From the NCBI RefSeq assembly GCF_004010195.1, contig NC_057720.1, positions 25,688,427 through 25,752,426 of the forward strand: 64,000 nt of DNA. The letters are read 5' to 3'. The translations under genes were made by a program, and so were the position numbers. The notes below the pieces were generated by a model. That model was not told where the DNA came from. It searched no databases and was given only the letters and a program-made list of their open reading frames with translations. Below, one piece after another: positions 10,621 through 22,935 of the stretch. Source of the stretch: Chiloscyllium plagiosum (Eukaryota). The number at the start of each line of letters is the position of its first letter. The first letter of the stretch is position 1.

Positions 10621-12894
10621 ACTCCATGATAGTACTCACACTAATATTCTGTCACATTAAAAATAATGGCCATTCCACTGAAATAATGTAACACTTAATG
10701 CAGTTTTGTGCTAAGAAAGTAATGAGAAGTATATAGAGCCTGGCAGATTCTAAGTAAGCACAAAGTGAATGAGCAAAAACAAAACAGTAAAGCACCAAAA
10801 GTCAATTGCATTCTGTATAGATGCATTAAGTACCATGTATCTCTGCATTCAAAGTGATCTTACAGAAGTATGAAAGTCATAAGTATCCTGGAGCTCCAAA
10901 GTAAAGTATTAAAGTGCTTAAATTGTGTCTGAGTTTGTCTGAGAGCAGACATTATGTTGTAGTGAGGCTGGGGTTTTGCAAATGCTGACTGGAGTAGAGC
11001 TGAAAAAAGACACATTTGTCAAAATCTTGAACTCATCAGGACAACTCACAAGAACACCAAGTCAAGGGGTGAAATCAACATTTATACTGTACGAAAGGAA
11101 TGTACTGATTCATTAGCAAGTGAACTCTGATTGGTAGAGAGAATGTTGGTTGACAGTTAACTGCCAGGCTTTGTTTTAATTTAAACCAGGTAATGAACTC
11201 TCCTACCAGTATCAACCCATCTGGTATAAATTTTTTCCAGAGTCAAACAAATTATATATATTTGCAGTTAAATGTAAAATTGCTGTAATTTGTATAATAA
11301 TGGAGAATGAAAAACAGTTTTTTTGTCATCTGCAATATGTTTGCTTTTCAACATTTTAAACCACTTCAGATTATTTTAAACTACCACACGTGAATACATT
11401 GACTTGACAGAGGATTAGCCAATGCAATTTACATGACAAAATCAATTGGTATTTGAGGTGTCACCTCCTACAAAAGAATCAAATTTCAGAAAATTCAGAC
11501 TATGAACAGATTGACAAGTTAATTTATGAATAAAAATCAAATTGTTAAAGCTTAGAATACTATTAGGATACCAGCATTGGGGGGTATTTTCAGGGATTGC
11601 ACATTTTAAGAAGTCCCCAAGATTTCATCCAAAGCTAATATTCTGCAAAATGACATTGTCAGCTGAATTTTGAAAACTGCAATATCGCAAGGAGCAGAAG
11701 AGAGCTGAAAGACTCTTAAAGACATCTACAAATGAATTTCCAATCTCTTTCTTTGTCTGTGGAAAAGTACAAACTGTTGGAAGATAATGAAATACAATCA
11801 TATGTAATTCCGTTTTCTTTCTATTTCTTGTCAATGCGCTCTGCTGGGTTGTAGCTCACCATCTTCCCAAGGGGAATTAAGGGGGAATGAGCAAAAAAGT
11901 GTTAGCCGTGCCAGTGATCCTCACATTTTAAACTTAGAAACAAAGTTAAATTAAGATTGCTAGATCTATGCATTTGTGGTAATCTGTCAGAGTCAGGATA
12001 AGGTATGTCAAATGTTGTTTCTATATATAATTAGAATGATTTTAAAATCATATTTTAAACTATTTTAAATTATTAACACAAACATGTATATTAATATTAA
12101 ATATCAGAAGGCCTAAGACCTGCGCCTAAATATCAAACTTTTTGTATCTGGATGATATTTTCCTCAAATTCATTTTTTTGAGATGGATGGTATTCAGTAT
12201 AGAAGAGTCATGTTAGATACCAGGGATTTGTATGAGAGCGACGCTATGAGGAATGAGCACACCTTTTAGCCAAAGGATAATAGCAGGTAATATAATTTTC
12301 AATTGTTCCTTGTAATCTTCCATTTGAATACTGCAGCGTGTTATGTCTCACAGTTAAATGAAAGTACAAATGTTACCAATATACATTAAAGCGGTAGCTC
12401 AAAGAAACTTAAAATGTTATTCTATTACTGTAGCTCCTTTCTGAATTTAATGCATATTTCTTGAACTGTAGCTCGGAGTCATACCTTCTGATATGCAATC
12501 AATTCATAAAGAGTTCAAATGCTCAACAGCTTACTTACAACCCATGAGTGAAAAGTCAGCTTTGATGAAGAAATTTACACATCCTATCAAAACTGTGTAG
12601 CTGCGTTAATAGATCTGATATTCACACATACTGATCAACAAGATGGCATGGGATTTAATTTTCACCAACATGACTTCAGAACAGGTTGACATAGTTAGGG
12701 GAATGATCAGGCTGCAGAAATTACTGCTCACTGACTGGTTTTATCAATATCAAAACGGTTTGTGCAGGAGGTGATGGGCAGTAGCTGGGTAGTGATTGTA
12801 ATGAGGGCAGCCAGGCGGACCTCACTGAATATGAGTTCCCTGATTGGGGCTGTTAATCTGGTTCAATCAGGGAGCCCTGACTGACAGATCTAAA

Positions 12895-13068
12895 TCAGAT
12901 CTCATTTATCTCTTCACCCTGCAGCCACTCTGCCTCTATTCCTGATGAAGGACTTTTGCCCGAAACGTCGATCTTCCTGCTTCTCGGATGCTGTCTGAAC
13001 TGCTGTGCTTTTCCAGCACCACACTAATCTAGAATCTGGTTTCCAGCATCTGCAGTCCTTGTTTTTAC
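12895..13068 (+). mobile_element. Family-1 PLE repeat inserted in an LTR
   Basis: attcctgatgaaggacttttgcccgaaacgtcga core; 14-bp TSD CTGACAGATCTAAA at 12881-12894 and 13069-13082. Confidence 0.88.
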
Positions 13069-13169
13069 CTGACAGATCTAAACAAGACTGTCAAGCATTC
13101 TGTTCACTCTCAGAGCTGGCTCTTAGGTAGCTGGACCTGTGTCAAGTTCTATGCATGTTCAAATAAATC

Positions 13170-13392
13170 ATAGAACCCTATAGTGAGGAAGCAGGCCATT
13201 CGGCCCATTGAGTCCACACCAACCCTCCAGACCCACCGCCACTACACTATCCCCATACTCCAGTATCTCCCATGGTTAATCAGCTTAGCCTGCACATCCC
13301 TGGACACTATGGGCAATTTAGCATGGTCAATCCATCCAACCTGCACACCTTTGGACTATGGGAGGAAACCAGAGCACCCAGAGGAAATCCAC
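13170..13392 (-). mobile_element. HE1-type SINE, 3' half
   Basis: gggcaatttagcatggtcaat...ttggactatgggaggaaaccagagcacc is the reverse of the SINE core. Confidence 0.8.
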
Positions 13393-14778
13393 AAGTTAAA
13401 CCTGATCTTCCCGGACCTGAGTGGGAGGGTAAAACAAAATCAGGATTGCCAATGCTGGACACAAGATATGTCTAGGCAAAAGAGACGGTTTACTTCAGGG
13501 GGTGAAGTTTGGTGATAAAACTATGGAAATGGCCCTGCACGGATAAGAGGCATGGTCAATGTGATGTCAGGTCCCGTGGCATACAAAGTATGGGCAAGTG
13601 AGGCAGTCCTGACCAAGCACGTGGACCACATGAAAACTGCAAATGTGCTAACGGGGCAGGAGTAAAACACATCCAGCCCCTCAGAACATCAGGAAAGGCT
13701 ATCTGAATTCGTGGGTCCTTTTCTCAGACTAGCATTGGAGAAACCTTGAATCTGAAATGGGCATGGCAGATTTCATAGCCTCGATGCCTTTAGAAGAGCT
13801 TGAATTTCATCCGAGATGCTCCAAATATAAGAGTTGGGTTATGGTCTGGTACACATTTCAGAGGCTGAGTTGGAGGTACTGGAGCCGGTGCAAAACTGTC
13901 CCCGGAGAGGCTACAAGAGAAAGAACAGGTCCCTGGATTTAGAGGGGAAGGCATATAGAGATTGTAATGAAGTCAGCCAGGTGGGCCTCATAAAATGTGA
14001 GTTCCCTGACTGGAGTTGTTAAGCTGGTCCAATCTGGCCTGTCTAACAGATATATTCAAGAGCGTTCACTCGAGAAAAAAAAGAAAAAAATGAACTGTGA
14101 GTAGACATGCAAAACAATAAAACTTTAGAATGGAGTGGCAGAGATTTTGTTCACTCTGAGAGCTCTGAGCAAGTTAGATCAGTATCGAGTACGATGCTCG
14201 TGTAAACAAAGGGTGACTTGGTGACATGATACCGGCCTCTGTGGAGTTGTTTCAGAGGCTTTGAGTTACTATTTTCCAATGTGGTGAGGTGATTGAGAAG
14301 TAATGTTCTAGACAATGTGTAGAGCACATAATGATCCCTACAATTTAAACAGAAGCAGACAGGAGAAAAGAGGAAATTAACAGCTGTGTACTGAGAAAAG
14401 CAAGCAATAGTACTTCAGCATGTAACACAAAGGACCAAAAGGCCCATTTCTGTACTATAATGTTCTTTGATTCCATAGCTCTAATGTTATTTGATTTGAG
14501 TCCACTTTAAAAGTACACAAATTTCTATTTGCTGTGCTATTGTTAAGCACCCTTGTGAGGCAATAGGTATAAAGTGCATATAGTAATGCAATCTGTGATA
14601 ATAAAACCAATTCTTTAAACTAATGAACTGAGTAGACATGCAAAACAATAAAACTTTAGAATGTCTAGATTTACTATCTTTTTCCTGAACTTTTATCATG
14701 TATCTTAAGCACCACTATCTGAAAACAAATCCTCAGCTGAGATGCATTCTGCAGCTTGCCATTAAAATGGACAGAGAC

Positions 14779-15035
14779 AAAAAAACTGCAGAAGCTGGAA
14801 TACAAAGTAGACAGGCAGGAGGCTAGAAGAACACAGCAGTCCAAAGTAGACAGGCAGGAGGCTGGAAGAACACAGCAAGCCAGGCAGCATCACGAGGTGG
14901 AGAAGTCGATGTTTCGAGTGTAACCCTTCTGGGGGTGGGTGCAGGGGGAGCTGCAGATAAAGGGCATGGTGGAGGCAGGATGGTGAAGTCAGAATAGGTG
15001 AAGATAGGCAGAGAGTACAACCTGGTTGGTCAACG
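14779..15035 (-). mobile_element. Family-1-related PLE terminal repeat variant with an internal ~37-bp tandem duplication
   Basis: aaactgcagaagctgga, ccaggcagcatc, gtcgatgtttcgagtgtaacccttc; caaagtagacaggcaggaggct..aagaacacagca occurs twice. Confidence 0.65.
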
Positions 15036-15644
15036 GATATTTCACAATTCCCTCAAATGATCCTCAACTTAGTCTGTAAAGATCTGAAGGGCAATTTTCT
15101 CTGATGATATGAGAATGACTGCTGCATTAATAGCATCAGGAAAGTGCAAGCTGCAATAACCAGGCTCTATGTTGTTACAAGACCTTTTATGTTGCACTTC
15201 TGATTTTGCTAGAATGAACATGTGACTATGGGCACACGTTGCCTTCCCTTGTCTTCTTGTAGGCTATGGCAGATGAGTCACTCTTATACACAATGGCTTT
15301 GCAGACGCCTCCATCAGACAAATTATTTACTATTGCATGACTTGGTGCTGAAGTGTGTCCTCTGTCCCTGTCCAAGGACTCTGTTCATACATTGTCTTTA
15401 AATGCACCTTTCTTGCCAAGTCTCTAATAGTCTGTTGTTCATCTGACTCACAGGAGATGAAGATTTAGCTGATACACCTGTAGAGATTTGAGAATATAAT
15501 TTTCTCAACTCATTAATGATAAACAAATTAAATTATTATACAAAAATAAACAATGGGAAAGAATAAAAATAACTGTAGAACTTGTGCAGATAATTCAACC
15601 ATCCATGAAAATTGTTTCCTGAAAACCAATTAATTAAGAAGCAA

Positions 15645-16090
15645 TAAAGGGAGTGTTGCTGAACAAAGAGACCTTGGAGTGCAGGTTCATAGCTTCTTAA
15701 AAGTGGAGTTGGAGGTAGATAGGATAGTGAAGAAGGTTAAAATTAACTAGGCAAAAGTGAGGACTGATGAAGGGCTTTTGCCCAAAATGTTGATTTTCCT
15801 GCTCCTCGGATGCTGCCTGACCTGCTGTGCTTTTCCAACACAACTCTGATCTAAACCATAGTGAAGAAGGTGTTTGGTATGCTTTCGTTCATTGGTCAGA
15901 GTATTGAGTACAGGAGTTGGGAGGTCATGTTGCAGCTGTACAGGACATTGGTTATGCCACTTTTGGAATATTGTGTGCAATTCTGGTCTCCTTCCTATCG
16001 GAAAGATGGTGTGAAACTTGAAAGGAACACGGGCAAGTTTGACCAAAGGGTCTGTTTCCGTGCTGTGCATCTCTATGACTCTATGACTCA
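15645..16090 (+). mobile_element. CR1 fragment interrupted by a family-1 PLE repeat (15738-15857)
   Basis: KKVFGMLSFIGQSIEYRSWEVMLQLYRTLVMPLLEYCVQFW; 14-bp TSD ATAGTGAAGAAGGT at 15724-15737 and 15858-15871. Confidence 0.85.
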
Positions 16091-17231
16091 AAATCTTGGA
16101 AATTTAGCACATTATTAAAGGTTATATTGTGTAGTGTGTGAATTAGTGTTTGAATTGAGTATGAATTAAGTGAGGTGGGATAGAATCCCACAAATCATAA
16201 TCACTTTTCTTTCCCTTTGGCCAGTTTGAGTAATGGCTACTAAATCCTTGTTGCCGAGCTGCAGTTTTGGACTGACAGGTAGACAATGTGCCAATGTCGC
16301 CACCTAGGATGCTGCCAACTCTAATGATTTTCATGTTCTGTCCAACAATACAGCGACTGTTATACTGAATATTTGGCAGTTGGAATTCTGTAAACAGAAA
16401 TAAATCTTGTCATGTAATATATAATCAACACTCGCTGCCAGGTAAGGAGCTTTTCGAAAAAAAAGAAATGACTGAAAGAGTGAGTAGAGGCTGGATATGC
16501 TGTGGCAAGTGGTTAACCAAGAGATGCTACCTTCAAACCTCTCCAGTATATGCAATACTCAAGTAAAGAGTCTGGTGATATATTAACCACTTGGCTGGAT
16601 GAGTGCAACAATAAGACAATCAAACAGTTTGCTTGATTGTTGATTCGGCCATTGGTGTTCTCTTCTCCATCTCCAGGCTGTTGTGTGTACCATCTACGTC
16701 ATTCCCAGCAGCAACATACTTAGAGTATTTTGACACCACCTCTCTCTCCCATGATCTTTTGCATGAAAAAAGGATGAAAATAGCAAAGTCTTCACCTCCA
16801 CATTCCTCTGCAAATCACACATCATCCTGTCTTCAGCATACATCACCATTCATAAGACCATAATATAAAGGAGTAGAATTAGGCCATTTGGCCCGTCAGG
16901 TCTGCTCCAACATTTGATCATAGTTGACATGTTTCTCAACCTTATTTTCCTGCCTTCTCCCTGTAACCCTGATCCCTTCACCAATCAAAAACCATTCCTT
17001 CATTGTTTCCTTCTGGAATTCTTTGCCAATCGCAATTATGGGAACATGCTCACCTCACCGATGTTTTACAGAAAAGACCCTCTCTCTATCTTCTCAGGTA
17101 AACTAAGACAGAACAAAACCTTCCAGCATTGTCAAAATATCAAGGTTTAACAAAAAGCTAATTAATTTCAAAATGTCGTAAACTTTGGATTTTTCACGAG
17201 ATGTTATTTTCTTTCCAATTTGCATAGGCCA

Positions 17232-17795
17232 AATAAGAACGTAAGGACTAAGTGTCAATCTGCCATTTGAGCCTGCTCCACCATTTAATGCAATCATCTT
17301 ATTTCAGCCTCAACTCCACTTTCCTGCTCGATCTCCGTAACCCGTTAACACATTACCAGTTTAACATCGGTCTGTCTCTTTCTTAGCGTCATTCAATCTC
17401 TCAGCATCCAACTTGGTCTGGGGTAATGAATTTCATAGATTCATGACCTTTTGAGAGAAGTAACTTCTCCACGTCTCTGTTTTAAATTTGCCACCCCTTA
17501 TTCTAAAACTGTGATCTCTTGTTTGAGATTGTTCCAAAAGAGGAAATATCTTTTCTACATCTTTGTCGATCCCCTTTAGCATCTTATATCACTCAGTTAG
17601 ATCTCCTCTTATCTTCTAAACTCCAGTGAGTACAGATCTGAACTGCTCAATCTTTTTACATAAATTAAACTCCTCACCTCTGTAAATAATCGAGTGAAAT
17701 CCCTCTGAACTGGACTCAAGACAACTACAAGTAAAGGGAACAAAATTGTACACAGTTTTCCAAGTGCAGTTTCACTAATGCCTTGCACAGTTGGC
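17232..17795 (-). mobile_element. Decayed CR1 3' part
   Basis: Minus: LGKLCTILFP..VQRDFTRL...LYSLEFRR; 3' UTR attaaatggtggagcaggctcaaatggcag. Confidence 0.7.
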
Positions 17796-18221
17796 AAACC
17801 TGTTAGATCTATTGGATCTGAATATTGCAAGTAAATTTGAATTAAATGTTGGCCCAGGATTGCAGGCTGTCAAGTTTGACACTTATTGAAGAAAGGTTGT
17901 CAAGATATTGCCATCAACCACAGTCCCGTCATTTTAGTATCAGTGAGATAAGAGAATAAGCCTTTAGAAACAATGTCTGCTCATTCTCACTTCTGAACTG
18001 TGAGTTACCAAGTGAAAAATGAACTGGACCCAATGAAGTTTGAGTATCTACACTGGTGTGTGCTCATGCATTCTCTGACAGTGCATCCATAGAAGGATGA
18101 TGTTCATGAAAGAATTGTCATTGAACATCACCAATAATTCTTGCTCCACGTGTGAAAGTTTTTGGAAGATGTAATAAAAGGATATGATATAATTGTGGCA
18201 AATTTATGACCCTGACAATTC

Positions 18222-18645
18222 ACAGAGTCATCGAGTCATGGAGTCATACAGCATGGAAACAGACCCTTCAGTCCAAGCTGACCATATTCCAAACTAAACT
18301 AATTCCACCAGTCCATGTTTGGCCCATATCTCTCCAACCTTTCCCAAGAATGTACTTATCCAATTTCTTTTAAATATTTTAACTTGCCTCTATCACTTTC
18401 ACTGGCAGATCATTTCACACAAACCACACTTTGTGTACAAGAGTTGCCCCTCATATCCTTTTTCAATCTTTTTCCTCTCACCTTAAAAATATGCATCCTA
18501 GTTTTGAACTCCATCCCCCCCCCAATCCCCGCACTAGGAAAAAGATCCTTGTCATTCATCTTATCAATGCCCCTCTTGATTTTATAAACTTTTATAATGG
18601 CACCCTTCAACCTCCTACGATCCAGTGAATAAGTCCTCAGGCAAT
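18222..18645 (-). mobile_element. CR1 (HER1-like) 3' end
   Basis: IKVYKIKRGIDKMNDKDLFP...FKVRGKRLKKDMRGN; gagtcat repeats at the left end. Confidence 0.8.
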
Positions 18646-18685
18646 CGTCTCATAGTTTGGTCATTGGTAAAGGAATATCAGCATG

Positions 18686-19113
18686 ATTTGGAGATTCTGG
18701 TGTTGGACTAGGGTGGACAAAGTTAAAAATCACATAACAACAGATTATAGGCCAACAGGTTTATTTGGGAAGCACTAGCTTTCAGAGCGCTGTTTGTGAT
18801 CACCTGATGAAGGAGTAGCAAGTAAACCTGTTGTACTATAACCTGGTGCTGCGTGATTTTTAACTAATGTCAGCATGTGTGTGTCAGTGCTATTTGTAAT
18901 TCCCTCATCAAGTACCCATGAGTACTCATGATTTGGAGATGCAGGTATTGGATGGGGTGTACAAAGTTAAAAATCACAAAACACCAGGTTATAGTCCAAC
19001 AGGTTTATTTGGAAACACTAGCTTCCAACCACCTGATGAAGGAACAGTGCTCTGAAAGCTAGTGCTTCCAAATAAACCTGCTGGACTATAACCTGGTGTT
19101 GTGATTTTTAACT
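18686..19113. mobile_element. Two fold-back short elements, family 2 (hammerhead-bearing, presumed PLE terminal repeats)
   Basis: 18686-18865 and 18929-19113 each contain agttaaaaatcac...caacaggtttat and its reverse complement around cacctgatgaagga; first copy flanked by AAT(A/G)TCAGCATG at 18674-18685 and 18866-18877. Confidence 0.8.
19030..19064 (+). ncRNA. Minimal type-I hammerhead ribozyme motif (family 2)
   Basis: CAC-CUGAUGA-A-GGAAC-AGU-GCUCU-GAAAGCUA-GUG; stem I CAC/GUG, AGCU palindrome, stem II partly decayed (other copies give GGAGC/GCUCC). Confidence 0.6.
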
Positions 19114-20529
19114 CTGTGAGTTCCCAACATTGAATGTGCAGGTGTACCATTGATCAACAGAACTACCTCCCCTGTTTCAGGAGTTGAATTAGTCATTGTG
19201 GACCATCTTCTATCCTATCCCTAATCCTTCCCTTTTGCACTTTTTTCTCCTACAAAAGGCCAGACCTCTGAATGCGTTTGCTCAGGTAATGCAGGACTTT
19301 TGCTGTGAGTGTTACCACCGAATGAGGATGACTCTCCTCTTTTTAATACCATGTTGGTCGATTGCATGAAATATTTATCTTTTCTGTTCAGCTATCAAAC
19401 TTCAATTAAAACATCATTCCTGAGAATTTGACGAAGTCAATTATCAAGGTTTTCATGAATGAATGAAAGAGGAATTTTATTATTCACTAACCATGAGAAA
19501 AACGGTAAAACCACAATGTCAAATGCATTCACAATCATAAGTAAAAAGTATTTTTTCAAAAAGCAGTGGTTCCAACAGAGTTAAACAGGTTACATAGTTT
19601 AAGAGTTCTGAGAGCTTTGAGGTGTTAGCTTTTAAACCTGAGGCCACAGTTGATAAATTGCTTGACTCTTATCTGTAGCAGAATCCGTAGATATTTTTGT
19701 GTCTCAGTGAATATTTGTTTTCCCAAGTTGCTTCTTCATTGGGAGTATTTCCCAAGTGATAGAAAGACAGAGGGAAAGCCTTTCAGTTAATAGAAAAAGA
19801 GAACATAATGGAAAAACTCAATATGTCTGACAGTATCTGTGGAGAGATGAACAATATTATTCTTGTTTACCAAAAAAAAAGACATTTTTCGGTCTCTCTG
19901 CTTTCCTGCTCAATGGCAGCTGTCAAAATATAGCTCAGCGTGTATTCTGGAGTCTAACTCCACTGTCTTTCCAAGTTGGCTAACTGTAGCAGGTGAGCCT
20001 TTCCTTTCAAAACGTGTGAAATTATTATTTCCCTTGTGAATTAAATAGGAGTTGTGAATTTCCTGATGCTGACCTGAATGACCTGGTTTGGATGCCTTTA
20101 GTTAAACATTGTAACATCATGGCAGATAACTTTGTCTGTGCCATATGGATGTGATGAAGCTTGCTTCAATCTGTGGTCAGGTCACCACTGCAGGCATGTT
20201 TTATGTTTCATGGAGCATGTTTCTTCCTTTTTAATCATTTTCATCCCTGGAAGGTTTCAGATAAGTCAATCAGATGATTTAATTCAAAATTAGATAGTCT
20301 ATATTCCTCAGTATCTTAACAGAGAGTGATTTTGACAAATGCATCATTTTGCTGAAGAGTTGGGGTTAATGGCAGTAGTGGATGGATAATTGAGAAGGTA
20401 AGGAAATGCATAGAAATTGAAGGTTGGATGCTATCAAAGTCGAGTATGTGTGAGGAATAATTGTTTTGTGGGTTTTGTAGCTAGGTCAATATTTAGTGCT
20501 TATCATTAATTAGCTTGGAGAAGTGCAGG

Positions 20530-20705
20530 TGCAAAGATGTGCAGGTTAAGTGAACTGGCCATAGTGTTCAGGGATGTGTAGGTTAGGTGCATTAGTCAGA
20601 GGTAAATGTAGGGGAATAGGTCTGGATGGGTTACTCTTCGGAAGGTTAGTGTGAACTTGTTGGGTCGAAGGGCCGGTTTCCACACTGTAGGGATTCTATT
20701 CTATG
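20530..20705 (+). mobile_element. HE1-type SINE, 3' half
   Basis: caaagatgtgcaggtt...ttgttgggtcgaagggccggtttccacactgtagggattctattctatga. Confidence 0.8.
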
Positions 20706-20714
20706 AAAGTACTC

Positions 20715-21560
20715 GGGATGTAATTTTACCAACAGTGGCTTTAGGAAGGAAGTTGCAGAATTTTAACCCAATGGTATTAAAGGAATTGTGATATAACTTT
20801 AGGATGATGTGTGACATGGAGGGTACTTGGAAGTGGTGGTACTCCAACTTATCAATTGTTCTTTTCATTCTAGGTGGTAGGGGCCATTAGTTTGGAATAT
20901 GATGTAAGAGCAGCCTTTGTGAGTTTATACAGTGCATTTTGCAGGAGGTACACATTGCTACCACTGTGTGTCTGTGGTGAAAGGAGTAAGGGCTGAAAGT
21001 GATACAGCTGCTTTGTCTTGGATGGTGACAAGATCTTGAGAGTTGTTAGAGCTGTATTCCTCCAGACCAGTGGAGTATTGTATCACACTCCTGACGTGTG
21101 GTTTGTAGATGGTTGACAAACTTTGAGGACTCACAGCAGAATTCCTAGCCTTTACCCATCTCTTATAGCCACAGCACTTAAAGGTCTAATGCAATTCAAT
21201 TTCTGATCAATGCTAACTCAGCATGTTAAGAGTGTGGGATTCAGTGATGGTAATTCCATTGAACACTAAGAGGCAATGGTTAAACTCACTTTTGTTAAAG
21301 CTTGACACTTGCATGACATGAATTTTACTTGCCACTTATCAGTTGAGAGCATGGTGCTTGAAAAGCACAGCAGCTCAGGCAGCATCCTTCATCAGGACTT
21401 CTGCCCGAAACATTGATTTTCCTTCTCCTTGGATGCTGCCTGACCTGCCATGCTTTTCCTCTCAACTCTAATGTCCTGCATCTGCAGTCCTCACTTTTGC
21501 CACTTATAAGTCTAGCCCTGGATGCTTTCCAGGTTTTGCTGCATATTGTCATGGACAGTT
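20715..21560 (-). mobile_element. Decayed second CR1/L2-group LINE, interrupted by a family-1 repeat at 21340-21496
   Basis: Collinear with 27650-28200; insert flanked by TTGCCACTTAT at 21329-21339 and 21497-21507. Confidence 0.7.
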
Positions 21561-21724
21561 TAGTGTCTGGGCTATGATAATGTGATGGAGCATGTTTGAT
21601 TAGACTGAGTGAGGGTGAATGGGCTGTGTGCCATGCAGATGAATCAGCAAATGTATTCATTTGACCGGAGTTGGTTAGGTAAGTAAATTGCCTCTCATGC
21701 TCACCTCCTGAACTATCTCTGGCT

Positions 21725-22590
21725 GAAATTAAGAATCACAGACCAGGTAATAGTCCAACAGGTTTATTTGGAAATACAAATTTTGGGGGCACTGCAGCTT
21801 CATCAGGTAGCTAGTGGGGCAGGATCATAGGACACAGAATTTATAGTAAAAGATCAAAGTGTAATACAACTAATGCAATGTATTGAACAAAACTAGCCTG
21901 TAGTTAAATCAATCACAACCTGCTTTCCCATTCTAAGTTAAAAATTACACAATACCAGGTTGTAGTCCAACAGGTTTATTTGGAAGCACTAGCTTTTGGA
22001 GCGCTGCTCCTTCCTCATGTGGTATCACACAACCACCTGATGAAGGAGCAGCCCTTCAAAAGCTAGTGCTTCCAATTAAACCTGTTGGATTATAACCTGG
22101 TGTTGTGTGACTTTTAGCTTTGTTCATCCCAGTCCAACACCAGCTCCTCCACAACACATCTCTGGCTACCATGTCTTGGTCAAAAATCAAATGACACCAA
22201 GTTATAGTCCAACAGGTTTATTTGAAATTACAAGCTTTCAGAGCTCAGCTCCTTCCTTGGGCATGGTATGATAGAAAGGTATAAGATACAGTATCTATAA
22301 ACAAAAAGTTAGTAACTTTAAAACTGATTTGGAGATGCTGGTGTTGGACTGGGGTGTACAAAGTGAAAGATCACACAACACCAGGTAATAGTCCAACAGG
22401 TTTATTTGGAAGCACTAGCTTTCAGAGCACTGTCCCTTCATCAGATGGTTGTGTGACTTTTTACTTATAAATAATGCATCTTATATTTCTCTCTCATACT
22501 AGGCCTAAGGAAGGAGCTGAGTTCTGAAAGCTTGCAATTTCAAATAAAGCTGTTGGACTATAACTTGGTATTGTTTGATCTTTTTGAAAT
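21725..22590. mobile_element. Cluster of family-2 repeats in both orientations
   Basis: Six or more partial copies of tagtccaacaggtttatttgga / ctgttggactataac; 21725-22157 flanked by ATCTCTGGCT at 21715-21724 and 22158-22167. Confidence 0.8.
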
Positions 22591-22596
22591 TGTTTG

Positions 22597-22935
22597 AAAA
22601 ACATGTTTCCGTTGATGGGTGAGTGCCGAACCAGAGGACACAGCTTAAAAATACAGGGTAGACTATTTAGGACAGAGATGAGGAGAAACTTCTTCACCCA
22701 GAGAGTGGTGGCTGTGTGGAATGCTCTGCCCCAGAGGGCAGTGGAGGCCCAGTCTCTGGATTCATTTAAGAAAGAGTTGGATAGAGCTCAAAGATAGTGG
22801 AATCAAGGGTTATGGAGATAAGGCAGGAACAGGATACTGATTAAGGATGATCAGCCATGATCATATTGAATGGTGGTGCAGGCTCGAAGGGCAGAATGGC
22901 CTACTCCTCCACCTATTGTCAATTGTCTATTGTCT
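22597..22935 (+). mobile_element. CR1 3' end (another subfamily, ATTGTCT tail)
   Basis: MFPLMGECRTRGHSLKIQGRLFRTEMRRNFFTQRVVAVWNALPQRAVEA. Confidence 0.9.

Larger units (their letters stand above)
12788..14254 (+). mobile_element. Internally deleted Gypsy element: LTR (~12788-13167), 3' internal region (~13395-13952), LTR (13953-14254), with nested inserts
   Basis: Two LTR copies; internal accaagcacgtggaccacatgaaa matches 34445-34473; purine tract agaggggaagg before the right LTR. Confidence 0.75.

Noticed and set aside
11010..11045. Possible further hammerhead on the minus strand (gtcctgatgagttcaag)
   Set aside because: CUGAUGA is present, but no GAAA or stem II is recognisable in this copy
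19920..19992. Possible 73-nt exon (cag|...cag|gtgagc; LSKYSSACILESNSTVFPSWLTVA)
   Set aside because: Peptide unrecognised and no partner exons; expected by chance
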